Notes under the pieces: generated by a model
Databases searched by the model: none
The model's input: only the letters and a program-made list of their open reading frames with translations
Told to the model about the DNA's origin: nothing
Program-made: the position numbers and the translations under genes
NCBI GenBank assembly: GCA_903929325.1
Contig: CAIYUD010000251.1
Location: 1-34,520, forward strand
Origin: an uncultured Opitutia bacterium
GTDB taxonomy: Bacteria; Verrucomicrobiota; Verrucomicrobiia; Opitutales; UBA953
Reading direction: 5' to 3'
DNA length: 34,520 nt
Shown: piece by piece, positions 16,912-24,876 of the stretch
Numbering within the stretch: the first letter of the stretch is position 1
How the letters are laid out: each line of letters opens with the position of its first letter

Positions 16912-18624
16912 ATGAGTATCATGGAAAAACTGCTCGCTGAATCCGGTTTCGGCGCGCTCAAGGCCCACAGGGTCGTCAAAGGCAAAGTTATGGAAATCCG
17001 CAAAGATTTCGTCGTCGTTGATATCGGCGGCAAATCCGAAGGATTCATCTCCCACTCTGAATTCCCAGACCTCGGCGAAATTCAAGTTGGTCAAGATCTC
17101 GATGTTTACCTCGAGCGTCTCGAAACCAAAGAAGGCACACCTCTCGTTTCCTACGATCGCGCGCTCCAAATCCGTCGCTGGGAAAGCATTGAAGCTAATT
17201 GCGTCGAAGGCTCCGTGGTCCAAGGCCGCGTGAAATCGAAGGTCAAAGGCGGCTTAATTGTCTCCGTTGGCGTCGATGCATTCATGCCTTCATCGCAGAT
17301 TGATGTCACTCCCCCCAAGAATCTCGATGCGTACGTCGGTCAAACTTACGACTTCAAGATTATCAAAATTAACAAAGAGAAAAAGAATATCGTCGTCTCC
17401 CGTCGCGAGCTCATCGAAGAGCAACGCGCCGAGAAACGCCGCACACTGCTCGAAGACGTTAAGCCTGGCACGATCCGTCGTGGCGTGGTTAAGAATATCA
17501 CCGACTACGGTGCATTCGTGGATCTCGACGGTCTCGACGGCTTGTTGCACGTCACTGACATGAGCTGGGGTCGCATTGGCCATCCTAATGAGGCTGTGAA
17601 GGTTGGCGAAGAGCTGACCGTCATGGTCATTGAAGTCGATCGCGAGCGTGAACGCGTCTCCCTCGGCCTCAAGCAGACCCTGCCCAACCCTTGGGAAGGC
17701 ATTGAGAAGCGCTTCCCTGTCGGTGCTAAAGTGCACGGCAAGGTCGTCAACTTGGTTGCCTACGGTGCCTTCATCGAACTGGAAACAGGCGTCGAAGGTC
17801 TCGTTCACGTCTCCGAACTCTCATGGACCAAGCGCGTCCAGAAGCCTTCCGACGTTCTTAAAGTCGGCCAAGAAGTCGATGCGATCGTCCTTAGCGTTAA
17901 CACCGAGGAGCAAAAAATCTCGCTCGGCGTTCGCCAGCTCGAAACGAATCCCTGGGAAATGGTTCGCCATAACTACCCTGTGGGCGCACGCGTCCGCGGC
18001 AAGGTTCGCAACCTCACAAACTATGGTGCATTCGTCGAACTTGAAGAAGGTATCGACGGCATGGTGCACGTCTCTGACATGAGCTGGACTCGCCGGATCA
18101 CGAATCCTGGCGACCATCTCAAGAAGGGTGACGAAGTTGAAGCGCTCGTGCTCGACGTCGATGTCGACCAACAGCGCATCTCGCTCGGCATCAAGCAGAC
18201 GATGGAAGATCCATGGTCTGTCATTGATCGCACGTACCACGTCGGCGACGTCGTTAAAGGTAAGGTTTCGAAGATCGCCAACTTTGGTGCATTCATCGAA
18301 CTCTCCGATGACATCGATGGCCTCGTACACGTTTCCCAGATCTCGGAAGAGCGCGTAGAAAACGTCAAAGACGCCCTCAAGACCGGCCAAGAAGTTTCTG
18401 CCCGCGTCATCAAGATCGACAAAGAAGAACGCCGTATCGGCCTGTCCATCAAGGCAGCCAATTACGACGCAGAGCGCCTCCAAGCAGAAATCAGCAACTA
18501 CGACCGCATCAAAGGTCCTTCCACCGGTCCCGCCCCAACAGGCGGCCAATCCACAGGTGGCGGCTCCTTCGGCGGCGGAGACTTCAACAGTCTCGGCGAC
18601 CTGCTCGACAAGGCTGGCAACTAA
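16912..18624 (+). CDS. rpsA: 30S ribosomal protein S1 (six S1 domains)
   Basis: Six repeats of the pattern G..V.G.V..I..YGAFV.L..G..GL.H.S..SW. I chose ATG 16912 (MSIMEKLLAESGF...) over ATG 16846, whose 22 extra residues are low-complexity and unlike S1. Confidence 0.93.
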   Translation: MSIMEKLLAESGFGALKAHRVVKGKVMEIRKDFVVVDIGGKSEGFISHSEFPDLGEIQVGQDLDVYLERLETKEGTPLVSYDRALQIRRWESIEANCVEGSVVQGRVKSKVKGGLIVSVGVDAFMPSSQIDVTPPKNLDAYVGQTYDFKIIKINKEKKNIVVSRRELIEEQRAEKRRTLLEDVKPGTIRRGVVKNITDYGAFVDLDGLDGLLHVTDMSWGRIGHPNEAVKVGEELTVMVIEVDRERERVSLGLKQTLPNPWEGIEKRFPVGAKVHGKVVNLVAYGAFIELETGVEGLVHVSELSWTKRVQKPSDVLKVGQEVDAIVLSVNTEEQKISLGVRQLETNPWEMVRHNYPVGARVRGKVRNLTNYGAFVELEEGIDGMVHVSDMSWTRRITNPGDHLKKGDEVEALVLDVDVDQQRISLGIKQTMEDPWSVIDRTYHVGDVVKGKVSKIANFGAFIELSDDIDGLVHVSQISEERVENVKDALKTGQEVSARVIKIDKEERRIGLSIKAANYDAERLQAEISNYDRIKGPSTGPAPTGGQSTGGGSFGGGDFNSLGDLLDKAGN

Positions 18625-18646
18625 GCGTTTATCCAGCTCTCAACAA

Positions 18647-18676
18647 GACCCCAACGAAAGTTGGGGTCTTTTTTTT
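18647..18676 (+). terminator. Rho-independent terminator downstream of rpsA
   Basis: Perfect 9-bp stem GACCCCAAC-GAAA-GTTGGGGTC followed by eight T residues, 23 nt after the rpsA stop. Confidence 0.85.
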
Positions 18677-18716
18677 GCACCCTTGAGCCAGAAGCCCTCA
18701 ATGGCATACTTCCCGG

Positions 18717-20000
18717 ATGCTTCACTGGGCCCAAGCCCTCAACTTTTGGCAAATTGGCCTAAGCCTCTTCTTTGTTTCACTCGCGTTGTGGCTATGGAGC
18801 TTATTCGGTCGACGTAAGCACGAACAGCTCGCCCAGAATCGCCAGGCGATACGTGTCATTGCCGACGCGATTGCGCCACTGCATGGCGTCGAAGGTAATC
18901 AGGTTAAGAGCCTGCTCTCACGTGATGGTAGCGATACGCTGAAGGCACTGCGCGTCGGCATTGCGGGAGCACAACGACGAATCTCCATTGGTACCTATAT
19001 TCTAGCCCACGACATCGTCGGCCGTGAAGTCATGGCCTTACTGGCAGCACGGGCACGCACAGGCGTCGAAGTAAGGTTGCTCATCGACGCCGTTGGCAGC
19101 CGCATGTTGCCCGACTACCGATTAAAAGATCTGCGCGATGCGGGCGTGCAGGTAGCACGATTTAATCCCGTACTTTCTTTGCGCACACGCGGTTCAGCGA
19201 ATTGGCGTAATCACCGTAAGATGGCTATTTTTGATGGCACCACCGCTATCATTGGAGGACAGAACTTGGGTGGGCAATATATTGGGAGTATGCCGGCGCG
19301 TCGGCGCTTCCGTGATGCATCTTTTCTGATTCAAGGACCCGCCGCGAATCACCTTGAGCACGTCTTTCTGACAGATTGGTGTCAGGCCTTAAACTTAGAC
19401 CCCATTGATCTGAAATCTGTGCTTCGGGAAGAGGCTCCATGGGCAGGTAAAGATCAGGCCCACGTTATTGATTCTGGCCCCGATGCGCAATCAGACCCTC
19501 TTTGGCAGGCTCTTAATCGTGCAATCACTAGCGCACGCACATCGATTGATATCGTTACGCCGTATTTCATTCCAGATACAATTACGCTGACGGCACTCAC
19601 CCGCGCAGCACGCGAAGGCATTCAGGTTCGCATCATTGTGCCGCGGAAATCAGATCACCGTCTAGCAGATTTTTCCCGTCGTCCCTATTTACGTAAACTC
19701 GCAGAAGCTGGTGCGGAGATTCGTTTCTATAGCCCAGGCATTCTTCACACCAAACTGGTTCTCATCGACAAAGCTAAGGCATTCATTGGCTCTGCGAATT
19801 TTGATATGCGTTCGTTTTTCCTTAATTACGAAATCACTGTGCTGGTTCAGCAGAGCCAATCGTGTGTAGAAATCGCTGACTATATTGAGGGACTCGCTAA
19901 AGAATCGAAGGAGCCTTCGCTGTCTTTAATCCGGGGAGCACGTACCTGGCGTGGCCAACAGCTTGAAAAGCTAGCACGGCTCATCGCACCCCTGCTTTAA
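18717..20000 (+). CDS. cls: Cardiolipin synthase / phospholipase D family protein
   Basis: 427 aa. N-terminal TM helix (IGLSLFFVSLALWLWSLF) and two HKD motifs (NHRKMAIFDGTTAIIGGQN and LHTKLVLIDKAKAFIGSANFD). Confidence 0.85.
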   Translation: MLHWAQALNFWQIGLSLFFVSLALWLWSLFGRRKHEQLAQNRQAIRVIADAIAPLHGVEGNQVKSLLSRDGSDTLKALRVGIAGAQRRISIGTYILAHDIVGREVMALLAARARTGVEVRLLIDAVGSRMLPDYRLKDLRDAGVQVARFNPVLSLRTRGSANWRNHRKMAIFDGTTAIIGGQNLGGQYIGSMPARRRFRDASFLIQGPAANHLEHVFLTDWCQALNLDPIDLKSVLREEAPWAGKDQAHVIDSGPDAQSDPLWQALNRAITSARTSIDIVTPYFIPDTITLTALTRAAREGIQVRIIVPRKSDHRLADFSRRPYLRKLAEAGAEIRFYSPGILHTKLVLIDKAKAFIGSANFDMRSFFLNYEITVLVQQSQSCVEIADYIEGLAKESKEPSLSLIRGARTWRGQQLEKLARLIAPLL

Positions 20001-21118
20001 ACCGAAGCTAAGAAAGCGCGCACGTGCGCAAAGAGGCTTTCGCTTGGCAAAAGAAAGGCATCGTGACCTGCGTCAGTGGCGACCTCGAAATAGGCACCGC
20101 GCTTACCAGCAGCTGCAGTGATAGCCTTTACTTCTGAAGGCGGGTAAAGCCCGTCCGTCGAGAAAGCTACCGCAAGGATTGCAGGGCCGTCCGACTTAAA
20201 AAGCTTACCGGCTGCCGCCCTGCCGGAGAGGTCAAAACGGTCAACGGCGCGCGTGATGCGAATCAATGAGTTCGCATCGAAGCGACGCACAAAGGCATCA
20301 CCTTGATGGCGAAGGTAACTTTCGACCTGCCATTGAACCGCATCGGTTGGTTTAGCGCCCGGGACGGTTTCGCGCGCAAACTTCTTCTCGAAAGCTGCGG
20401 GTGAAAGATAAGAGATATGCCCAATCATGCGTGCCACAGCTAAACCGTCTTCGGGACCTTCGCCAGCGTGGTACTGTCCACCGCGGTAACGCGGATCGGC
20501 TAAAACGGATGCACGGGCAACGGCGTTTAAAGCGAGAGCCAAAGGGGGTTGGCGCAGGCCACACGCAAGCGTGACAATGCGATCAACGGCTTCAGCGTGG
20601 TCGGCCGCCCAAAGGAGTGCCTGCATGCCACCTTTCGATCCTCCGACAACGGCGTGAAGTTTTTTAATACCTAAATGTTCAACAAGGCGGCGCTGGGCGG
20701 CTACAATGTCCGCACAAGTGATTTCCGGAAAATCGCCGCCGTAAGGTTTGCCTGTAGCAGGGTCATTGGAAAGTGGTCCAGTTGAACCACGACAGCCACC
20801 CAGACAGTTGATGCCGATGACAAAGAATTTATCGGTATCAACCATCTTGCCGGGCCCGACAAAAGCATCCCACCAACCAGCCTTGGCATCATCTGCGCTA
20901 TACTTGCCCGCTACATGGTGATCCCCGCTTAAAGCATGCGGGACAAGAATAGCGTTTGAGCGACTTGCATTGAGGACGCCGTAAGTTTCGTAGCGGAATT
21001 CAAGGGAGGGAAGCGTGCCGCCTAATTCGAGTCGCAAAGGTGCCTCCAGGGTGACATCGCATGACTTCACAAGGCCGACTGAGCGGCCAGGCGATGCAAT
21101 AGGGGTGTCATCCGTCAT
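19997..21118 (-). CDS. metX: Homoserine O-acetyltransferase
   Basis: Motifs YETYGVLN, HALSGDHH, FVIGINCLGGCRGSTGP, the nucleophile elbow GGSKGGMQAL, and C-terminal GHDAFL. The start is uncertain: ATG at 21118 is chosen, and ATG 21157 and 21169 are also in frame. The 3' end overlaps the cls stop by 4 nt (convergent). Confidence 0.85.
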   Translation of the reverse strand: MTDDTPIASPGRSVGLVKSCDVTLEAPLRLELGGTLPSLEFRYETYGVLNASRSNAILVPHALSGDHHVAGKYSADDAKAGWWDAFVGPGKMVDTDKFFVIGINCLGGCRGSTGPLSNDPATGKPYGGDFPEITCADIVAAQRRLVEHLGIKKLHAVVGGSKGGMQALLWAADHAEAVDRIVTLACGLRQPPLALALNAVARASVLADPRYRGGQYHAGEGPEDGLAVARMIGHISYLSPAAFEKKFARETVPGAKPTDAVQWQVESYLRHQGDAFVRRFDANSLIRITRAVDRFDLSGRAAAGKLFKSDGPAILAVAFSTDGLYPPSEVKAITAAAGKRGAYFEVATDAGHDAFLLPSESLFAHVRAFLASV

Positions 21119-21177
21119 ACCGTCAGCCAAGCCACACCCAGCCCTATTGGCAAGCATCGCCCGTGACATAAACTTTC

Positions 21178-21702
21178 ATGGGTATTCTAAGAAGGTTTGC
21201 CCCCCGTCAGGGCATCAACATCAGAGGAGGCGTGCACGGCGGACATTCCCACCCAGACGGCGACTGCTGTAGCAGCGAATCCCCTGACCGTTCGGCCTCA
21301 GCGGTAGAGACTCTCCGACAAAAGGGCCTCCGCATTACCGAAGCACGTCGGGCCATGATTCGGACTTTAGCCTTATCGAAGGTGCCACTTTCAGCGGATG
21401 CACTGCACCAGAAAGTAGGCGCCGAGAAAGTTGACCGTGTGACCGTCTACCGAAGCCTCGATGCCTTTGAACTAGCCGGTGTCGTCCAACGTCACCCTTT
21501 AGAAAAAGGCCGATCACTGTACGCCCTCGCTGCAACGGATCACCACCATCACCACCTTGTTTGCCGGCAGTGTGGGAAAATTGAGCGACTCAGCAGTTGC
21601 GATACGACTGCCATCGAAGCAGCGGCTAAAAAACGTGGCTACACCCAGTTAACACACGTTTTAGAAATTTACGGACTTTGTCCCACCTGTACTCATGGCT
21701 AA
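21178..21702 (+). CDS. Fur-family metalloregulator (Zur/Fur-like) with a His/Cys-rich N-terminal extension
   Basis: Winged-helix segment LRITEARRAMIRTL...VYRSLDAFELAGVV, then DHHHHHLVCRQCGK and a C-terminal CPTC (two CxxC pairs). N-terminal HGGHSHPDGDCC. The start is ambiguous: ATG 21178, or GTG 21232 directly after a GAGGAGG tract. Confidence 0.8.
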   Translation: MGILRRFAPRQGINIRGGVHGGHSHPDGDCCSSESPDRSASAVETLRQKGLRITEARRAMIRTLALSKVPLSADALHQKVGAEKVDRVTVYRSLDAFELAGVVQRHPLEKGRSLYALAATDHHHHHLVCRQCGKIERLSSCDTTAIEAAAKKRGYTQLTHVLEIYGLCPTCTHG

Positions 21703-23380
21703 TTTTCCACGGAAAGCATTCATTCTGGGCGCAGGTTTGGGCACTCGCCTCAAACCGCTTACAGATAAAACGCCTAAGCCATTATTGCCGATTGCCGGCG
21801 AACCAATGGTCATGCGCGCCCTCAGGCACCTCATCCGAGCAGGCGTAAGCGAATTCATCATCAATACCCACCACTGCGCCGAAGCTTGGGCGACAGTCTT
21901 TCCAACGCGTGAATTTGAAACAGCTAAGGTAACTTTTGTCCACGAACCCACACTCCTGGAGACAGGGGGCGGTCTGGCCAATATCGCACCACTGCTGAAC
22001 GAAAACGATGCCGACTTGATCGTTTGGAATGGAGACATTCTTTCAGAATGCGACCTGCTCGCATTGTTTAACACCCACGTAAAGACAGGGGCGGAGTCGA
22101 CACTCTTAGTGCGCAAAGAAGGGCCCAATCCTAATGTACGTGTGGACAACAAAGGCGTCGTGACCGACTTGCGAAATCGCCTGAATGCCAAAGGCGGAGA
22201 ATACCAATACACGGGAATTTGTATCGTCACACGCAGCTTTGCACTTTCGGTCCCACCCACAGCGGAATCTCTCGTTGAACATTTCCTGCGCCGAATCTCT
22301 GAAAAAGCAGGGAGCATCCGGGCTTTTCTTGATTCCAGCAGCCAGTGGGAAGACATCGGAACACCTGAAGCTTACGAGGCTCTTCGAAAGAAACTCGAAC
22401 CGCGCATCACCGTAAGCCTAGAAGAGGCAGCTCGCGGGCTAAACTGCGATCTGGTTGCAGGCGGAGAAATTGTTCGCGGAGGTTCTGCTCGGAAATTTGC
22501 CCGTTGCTCATCTACGGCGCACGGTAAAGGCATTCTCTGCGTCGACGATGGGTCGAAGCCTGAGAATCAATTGTATGGCCCCATCGCGCGCACACTGCGT
22601 CAAGCAGGGCTCAATGTACCTAACGTATTTGCTGAAGATGCCGACCGCGGCGTTCTTTTGCTCGAGGACCTGGGCAACCAAGACTTACTGGCAACCACGC
22701 AAGAGGCGACGTTCCCTTGGACAGCTTACGCTTCCGCAATTGAGCAAGTCGCTAAACTCCACCGGGAAGGTGCGGCGGCTATACAGGCAGCTGGCATTAC
22801 CCTTTCTGACCCCTTCTCCCCTGCCCTCTATCGCTGGGAGCGAGAGTACTTCATGGAGCACGCCACCGCAGGCGCACGGCTTGACCGCGGGGTACAAGAT
22901 GAAATGGCCTCCCTTGCGACTGAACTCCTTAAAGACGCGGCGGTATGCATTCACCGTGACTTTCAGTCACAAAACATTCTCATACACGATAACAGCGCAT
23001 GGATGATTGATTTTCAGGGCATGCGACTTGGTTCTAGCTTCTACGACTTTGCGTCACTCGCTTTTGATCCTTACGTAAAAAGGGACGACATGCAGTTATG
23101 GCGTATTGAAATCGAAGACCATGCTCGCGAGGTTTCAGAGTGGAAAGGCTCGCGCGATGCCTTCACCCAACTCTTTAACACGGCGGCTACCCAGCGCCTG
23201 CTTCAGGCCTGTGGGGCTTATGCAAACCTCGGACGTCGCCAAGGCAGACCCGACTTCCTTGCACACCTACCCCAAGGCTTAGCCCTGCTCGCTATCGCTG
23301 CCTCGCAATGCGGCCGCAATCGCCTGGCAAACCTTGCCGGAGATTTAGCAGAGCGCGCTCAGAAGAATAAAGGCAAGTGA
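21695..23380 (+). CDS. Fused sugar-1-phosphate nucleotidyltransferase (MurU-like) and anomeric sugar kinase (AmgK-like, APH fold)
   Basis: 561 aa. The N-terminal ~240 aa carries AFILGAGLGTRLKPLTDKTPKPLLPIAG (NTP_transferase). The C-terminal ~320 aa carries IHRDFQSQNILIHDNSAWMIDFQGMRLGSSFYDFASL (AmgK-type HRDF.S.N / IDFQ motifs). The ATG overlaps the Fur-family stop by 8 nt. Confidence 0.7.
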   Translation: MANFPRKAFILGAGLGTRLKPLTDKTPKPLLPIAGEPMVMRALRHLIRAGVSEFIINTHHCAEAWATVFPTREFETAKVTFVHEPTLLETGGGLANIAPLLNENDADLIVWNGDILSECDLLALFNTHVKTGAESTLLVRKEGPNPNVRVDNKGVVTDLRNRLNAKGGEYQYTGICIVTRSFALSVPPTAESLVEHFLRRISEKAGSIRAFLDSSSQWEDIGTPEAYEALRKKLEPRITVSLEEAARGLNCDLVAGGEIVRGGSARKFARCSSTAHGKGILCVDDGSKPENQLYGPIARTLRQAGLNVPNVFAEDADRGVLLLEDLGNQDLLATTQEATFPWTAYASAIEQVAKLHREGAAAIQAAGITLSDPFSPALYRWEREYFMEHATAGARLDRGVQDEMASLATELLKDAAVCIHRDFQSQNILIHDNSAWMIDFQGMRLGSSFYDFASLAFDPYVKRDDMQLWRIEIEDHAREVSEWKGSRDAFTQLFNTAATQRLLQACGAYANLGRRQGRPDFLAHLPQGLALLAIAASQCGRNRLANLAGDLAERAQKNKGK

Positions 23381-24873
23381 TCGTGCAGCCATTGACGGAG
23401 GCTCGATTCGTTACGACGAACCTCTTCTTCGCGCTTCTGTCTTTCCTCTTCGCGCTGAGCAATTTCCTCGTCCGTCGGTGCAGCCGCACGGATAACACTG
23501 CCTGCAGGAATCGACGAGCTTCGGTCTTTAATTAAAGGCTGAGCGACAGACTCTTTAACAGCAACCGGACTCGGTACAGTTTGTGGACTACGCACGACGG
23601 GTGTACCGGTTTTTACCGCAAGACTATCGGCAATCTTGATCTCGGGGGTCTGCGGGGGGCTGACCGCCTTCGCTGTCGGTGCATGGAGAGTTTCTTTTAA
23701 GCGATCTGAAGGTGTCCGTGGAGAATGGACGTCAACTTTAGCTGAGCTCGCAGACTCGCGACCTTGCGGCGCAGAAGGCTCCGAAAGTGATGCTGTACGA
23801 CTGGAGTTTGACTCAGGTAAGGCTTTCGCTGACGCGACGCTTAGAGATGGCGATGCGTTGTTTGACGAAGGTGTCATGGCTTGCGCCGTAGCAACCGAAA
23901 TACCGACGGAACCTGAAGTCGCGCCACCAACGGAAGCAGAAGGTGTAGGGACTGAAAGAGAAGGCGACGTGGGCGTTGAGCTGCCCCTCGACACTTCACT
24001 CGGTGTAACCTGAATGGATACGGGCTGGTCCTTGGTGACATCGTGAACGTCTGTATCGAGTCCTGTACCTAAACGAAGAGACTGATGTGTGCCGCTAGCG
24101 TTCGCGGAACTACCCGCAGGAACGGCAACAGGTAGCGCCCGCGTACTATCGACTCCAGTAGACTTAGTTGCAGGCAACACCAAGGCCGGAGCTTGTCCAT
24201 CGTGCGCAGAAGCAACACCACTTGTAGAGACGCCACCGAGTTGTATGTTATTTCCGTTCGTCGCTGCATCACTCAATGGAGCGAGCTGGCCTAAAGGTAT
24301 GGGTGAATTTTTCTCAGGTGCGCCGGGTGTACCCAAGTTAGCACTTAAGCCTGCCGAAGAAGGTTTTGGCGTAGATGACTGTCCGGTGACATCACCGAGT
24401 GCCGGGGCAAGGCCTGAACCAGCGGTAATCGTCGAACCTGGAACTGCACCCATACGCGGTGAACCTGAATCAACACCGCCTGCAGGTGCACCCTTGTCGA
24501 GAGACAGGGCTGGCGAGCGATCGACAGGCGGCAGAGGCAGGCGGAGGGGTTGACGCAGTGGATCGACGGCAACGGCCGGCTTTGTTGGCACAACCTTTGC
24601 CGGCGCGATAGGAGCAGGCGCAGGTGACGGATCTTCGGAAGGTTTTTTAACTTGGACTGCGGTAGGACTTTTCTCGCGAGGGATGGCAGGGGCTGGTGGC
24701 GCATCCGCCGGAACGCTCACAGGTTCTGGAGGAGGGCCTCTATCGGGTGAGGTCTGACCTTCACCCCAACCACCATACGGCACGCCGTCCACCGGCGAAG
24801 GTGGCGACATACAACAGCCAGCGAGTGCCAGGAGGGCCGCCAAACTTAACCATGGACGGCTCTGGAACATCAT
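23359..24873 (-). CDS. Predicted lipoprotein, ~480 aa Pro/Ser/Ala/Thr-rich low-complexity region with a short charged C-terminal helix
   Basis: Signal peptide plus lipobox MMFQSRPWLSLAALLALAG|CC. No globular motifs recognised. The C-terminus is EEIAQREEERQKREEEVRRNESSLRQWLHDHLPLFF. It starts 3 nt after the stop of the upstream 835-aa gene. Confidence 0.6.
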   Translation of the reverse strand: MMFQSRPWLSLAALLALAGCCMSPPSPVDGVPYGGWGEGQTSPDRGPPPEPVSVPADAPPAPAIPREKSPTAVQVKKPSEDPSPAPAPIAPAKVVPTKPAVAVDPLRQPLRLPLPPVDRSPALSLDKGAPAGGVDSGSPRMGAVPGSTITAGSGLAPALGDVTGQSSTPKPSSAGLSANLGTPGAPEKNSPIPLGQLAPLSDAATNGNNIQLGGVSTSGVASAHDGQAPALVLPATKSTGVDSTRALPVAVPAGSSANASGTHQSLRLGTGLDTDVHDVTKDQPVSIQVTPSEVSRGSSTPTSPSLSVPTPSASVGGATSGSVGISVATAQAMTPSSNNASPSLSVASAKALPESNSSRTASLSEPSAPQGRESASSAKVDVHSPRTPSDRLKETLHAPTAKAVSPPQTPEIKIADSLAVKTGTPVVRSPQTVPSPVAVKESVAQPLIKDRSSSIPAGSVIRAAAPTDEEIAQREEERQKREEEVRRNESSLRQWLHDHLPLFF

Positions 24874-24876
24874 TCT

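Noticed and set aside
16753-17223. 156-aa minus-strand ORF spanning the rpsA 5' end and its leader
   Set aside because: It is antisense to the rpsA start region, has no motifs, and its composition mirrors the S1 codons. I treat it as spurious.
17290-18549. Long minus-strand ORFs (172, 242 and 146 aa) inside rpsA
   Set aside because: They lie fully antisense to an unambiguous six-domain S1 gene. Their translations are low-complexity mirror images (D/E/V/F-rich) with no recognisable motifs, which is typical of spurious antisense ORFs.
21661-22356. 231-aa minus-strand ORF
   Set aside because: It is entirely antisense to the well-supported nucleotidyltransferase domain of the MurU/AmgK-like gene. 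It is Arg/Ser-rich and has no signature.
23359-24873. Possible tandem-repeat or CRISPR-like DNA in the low-complexity region
   Set aside because: No exact direct repeats with regular spacing are visible. The low complexity is at the amino-acid composition level only.
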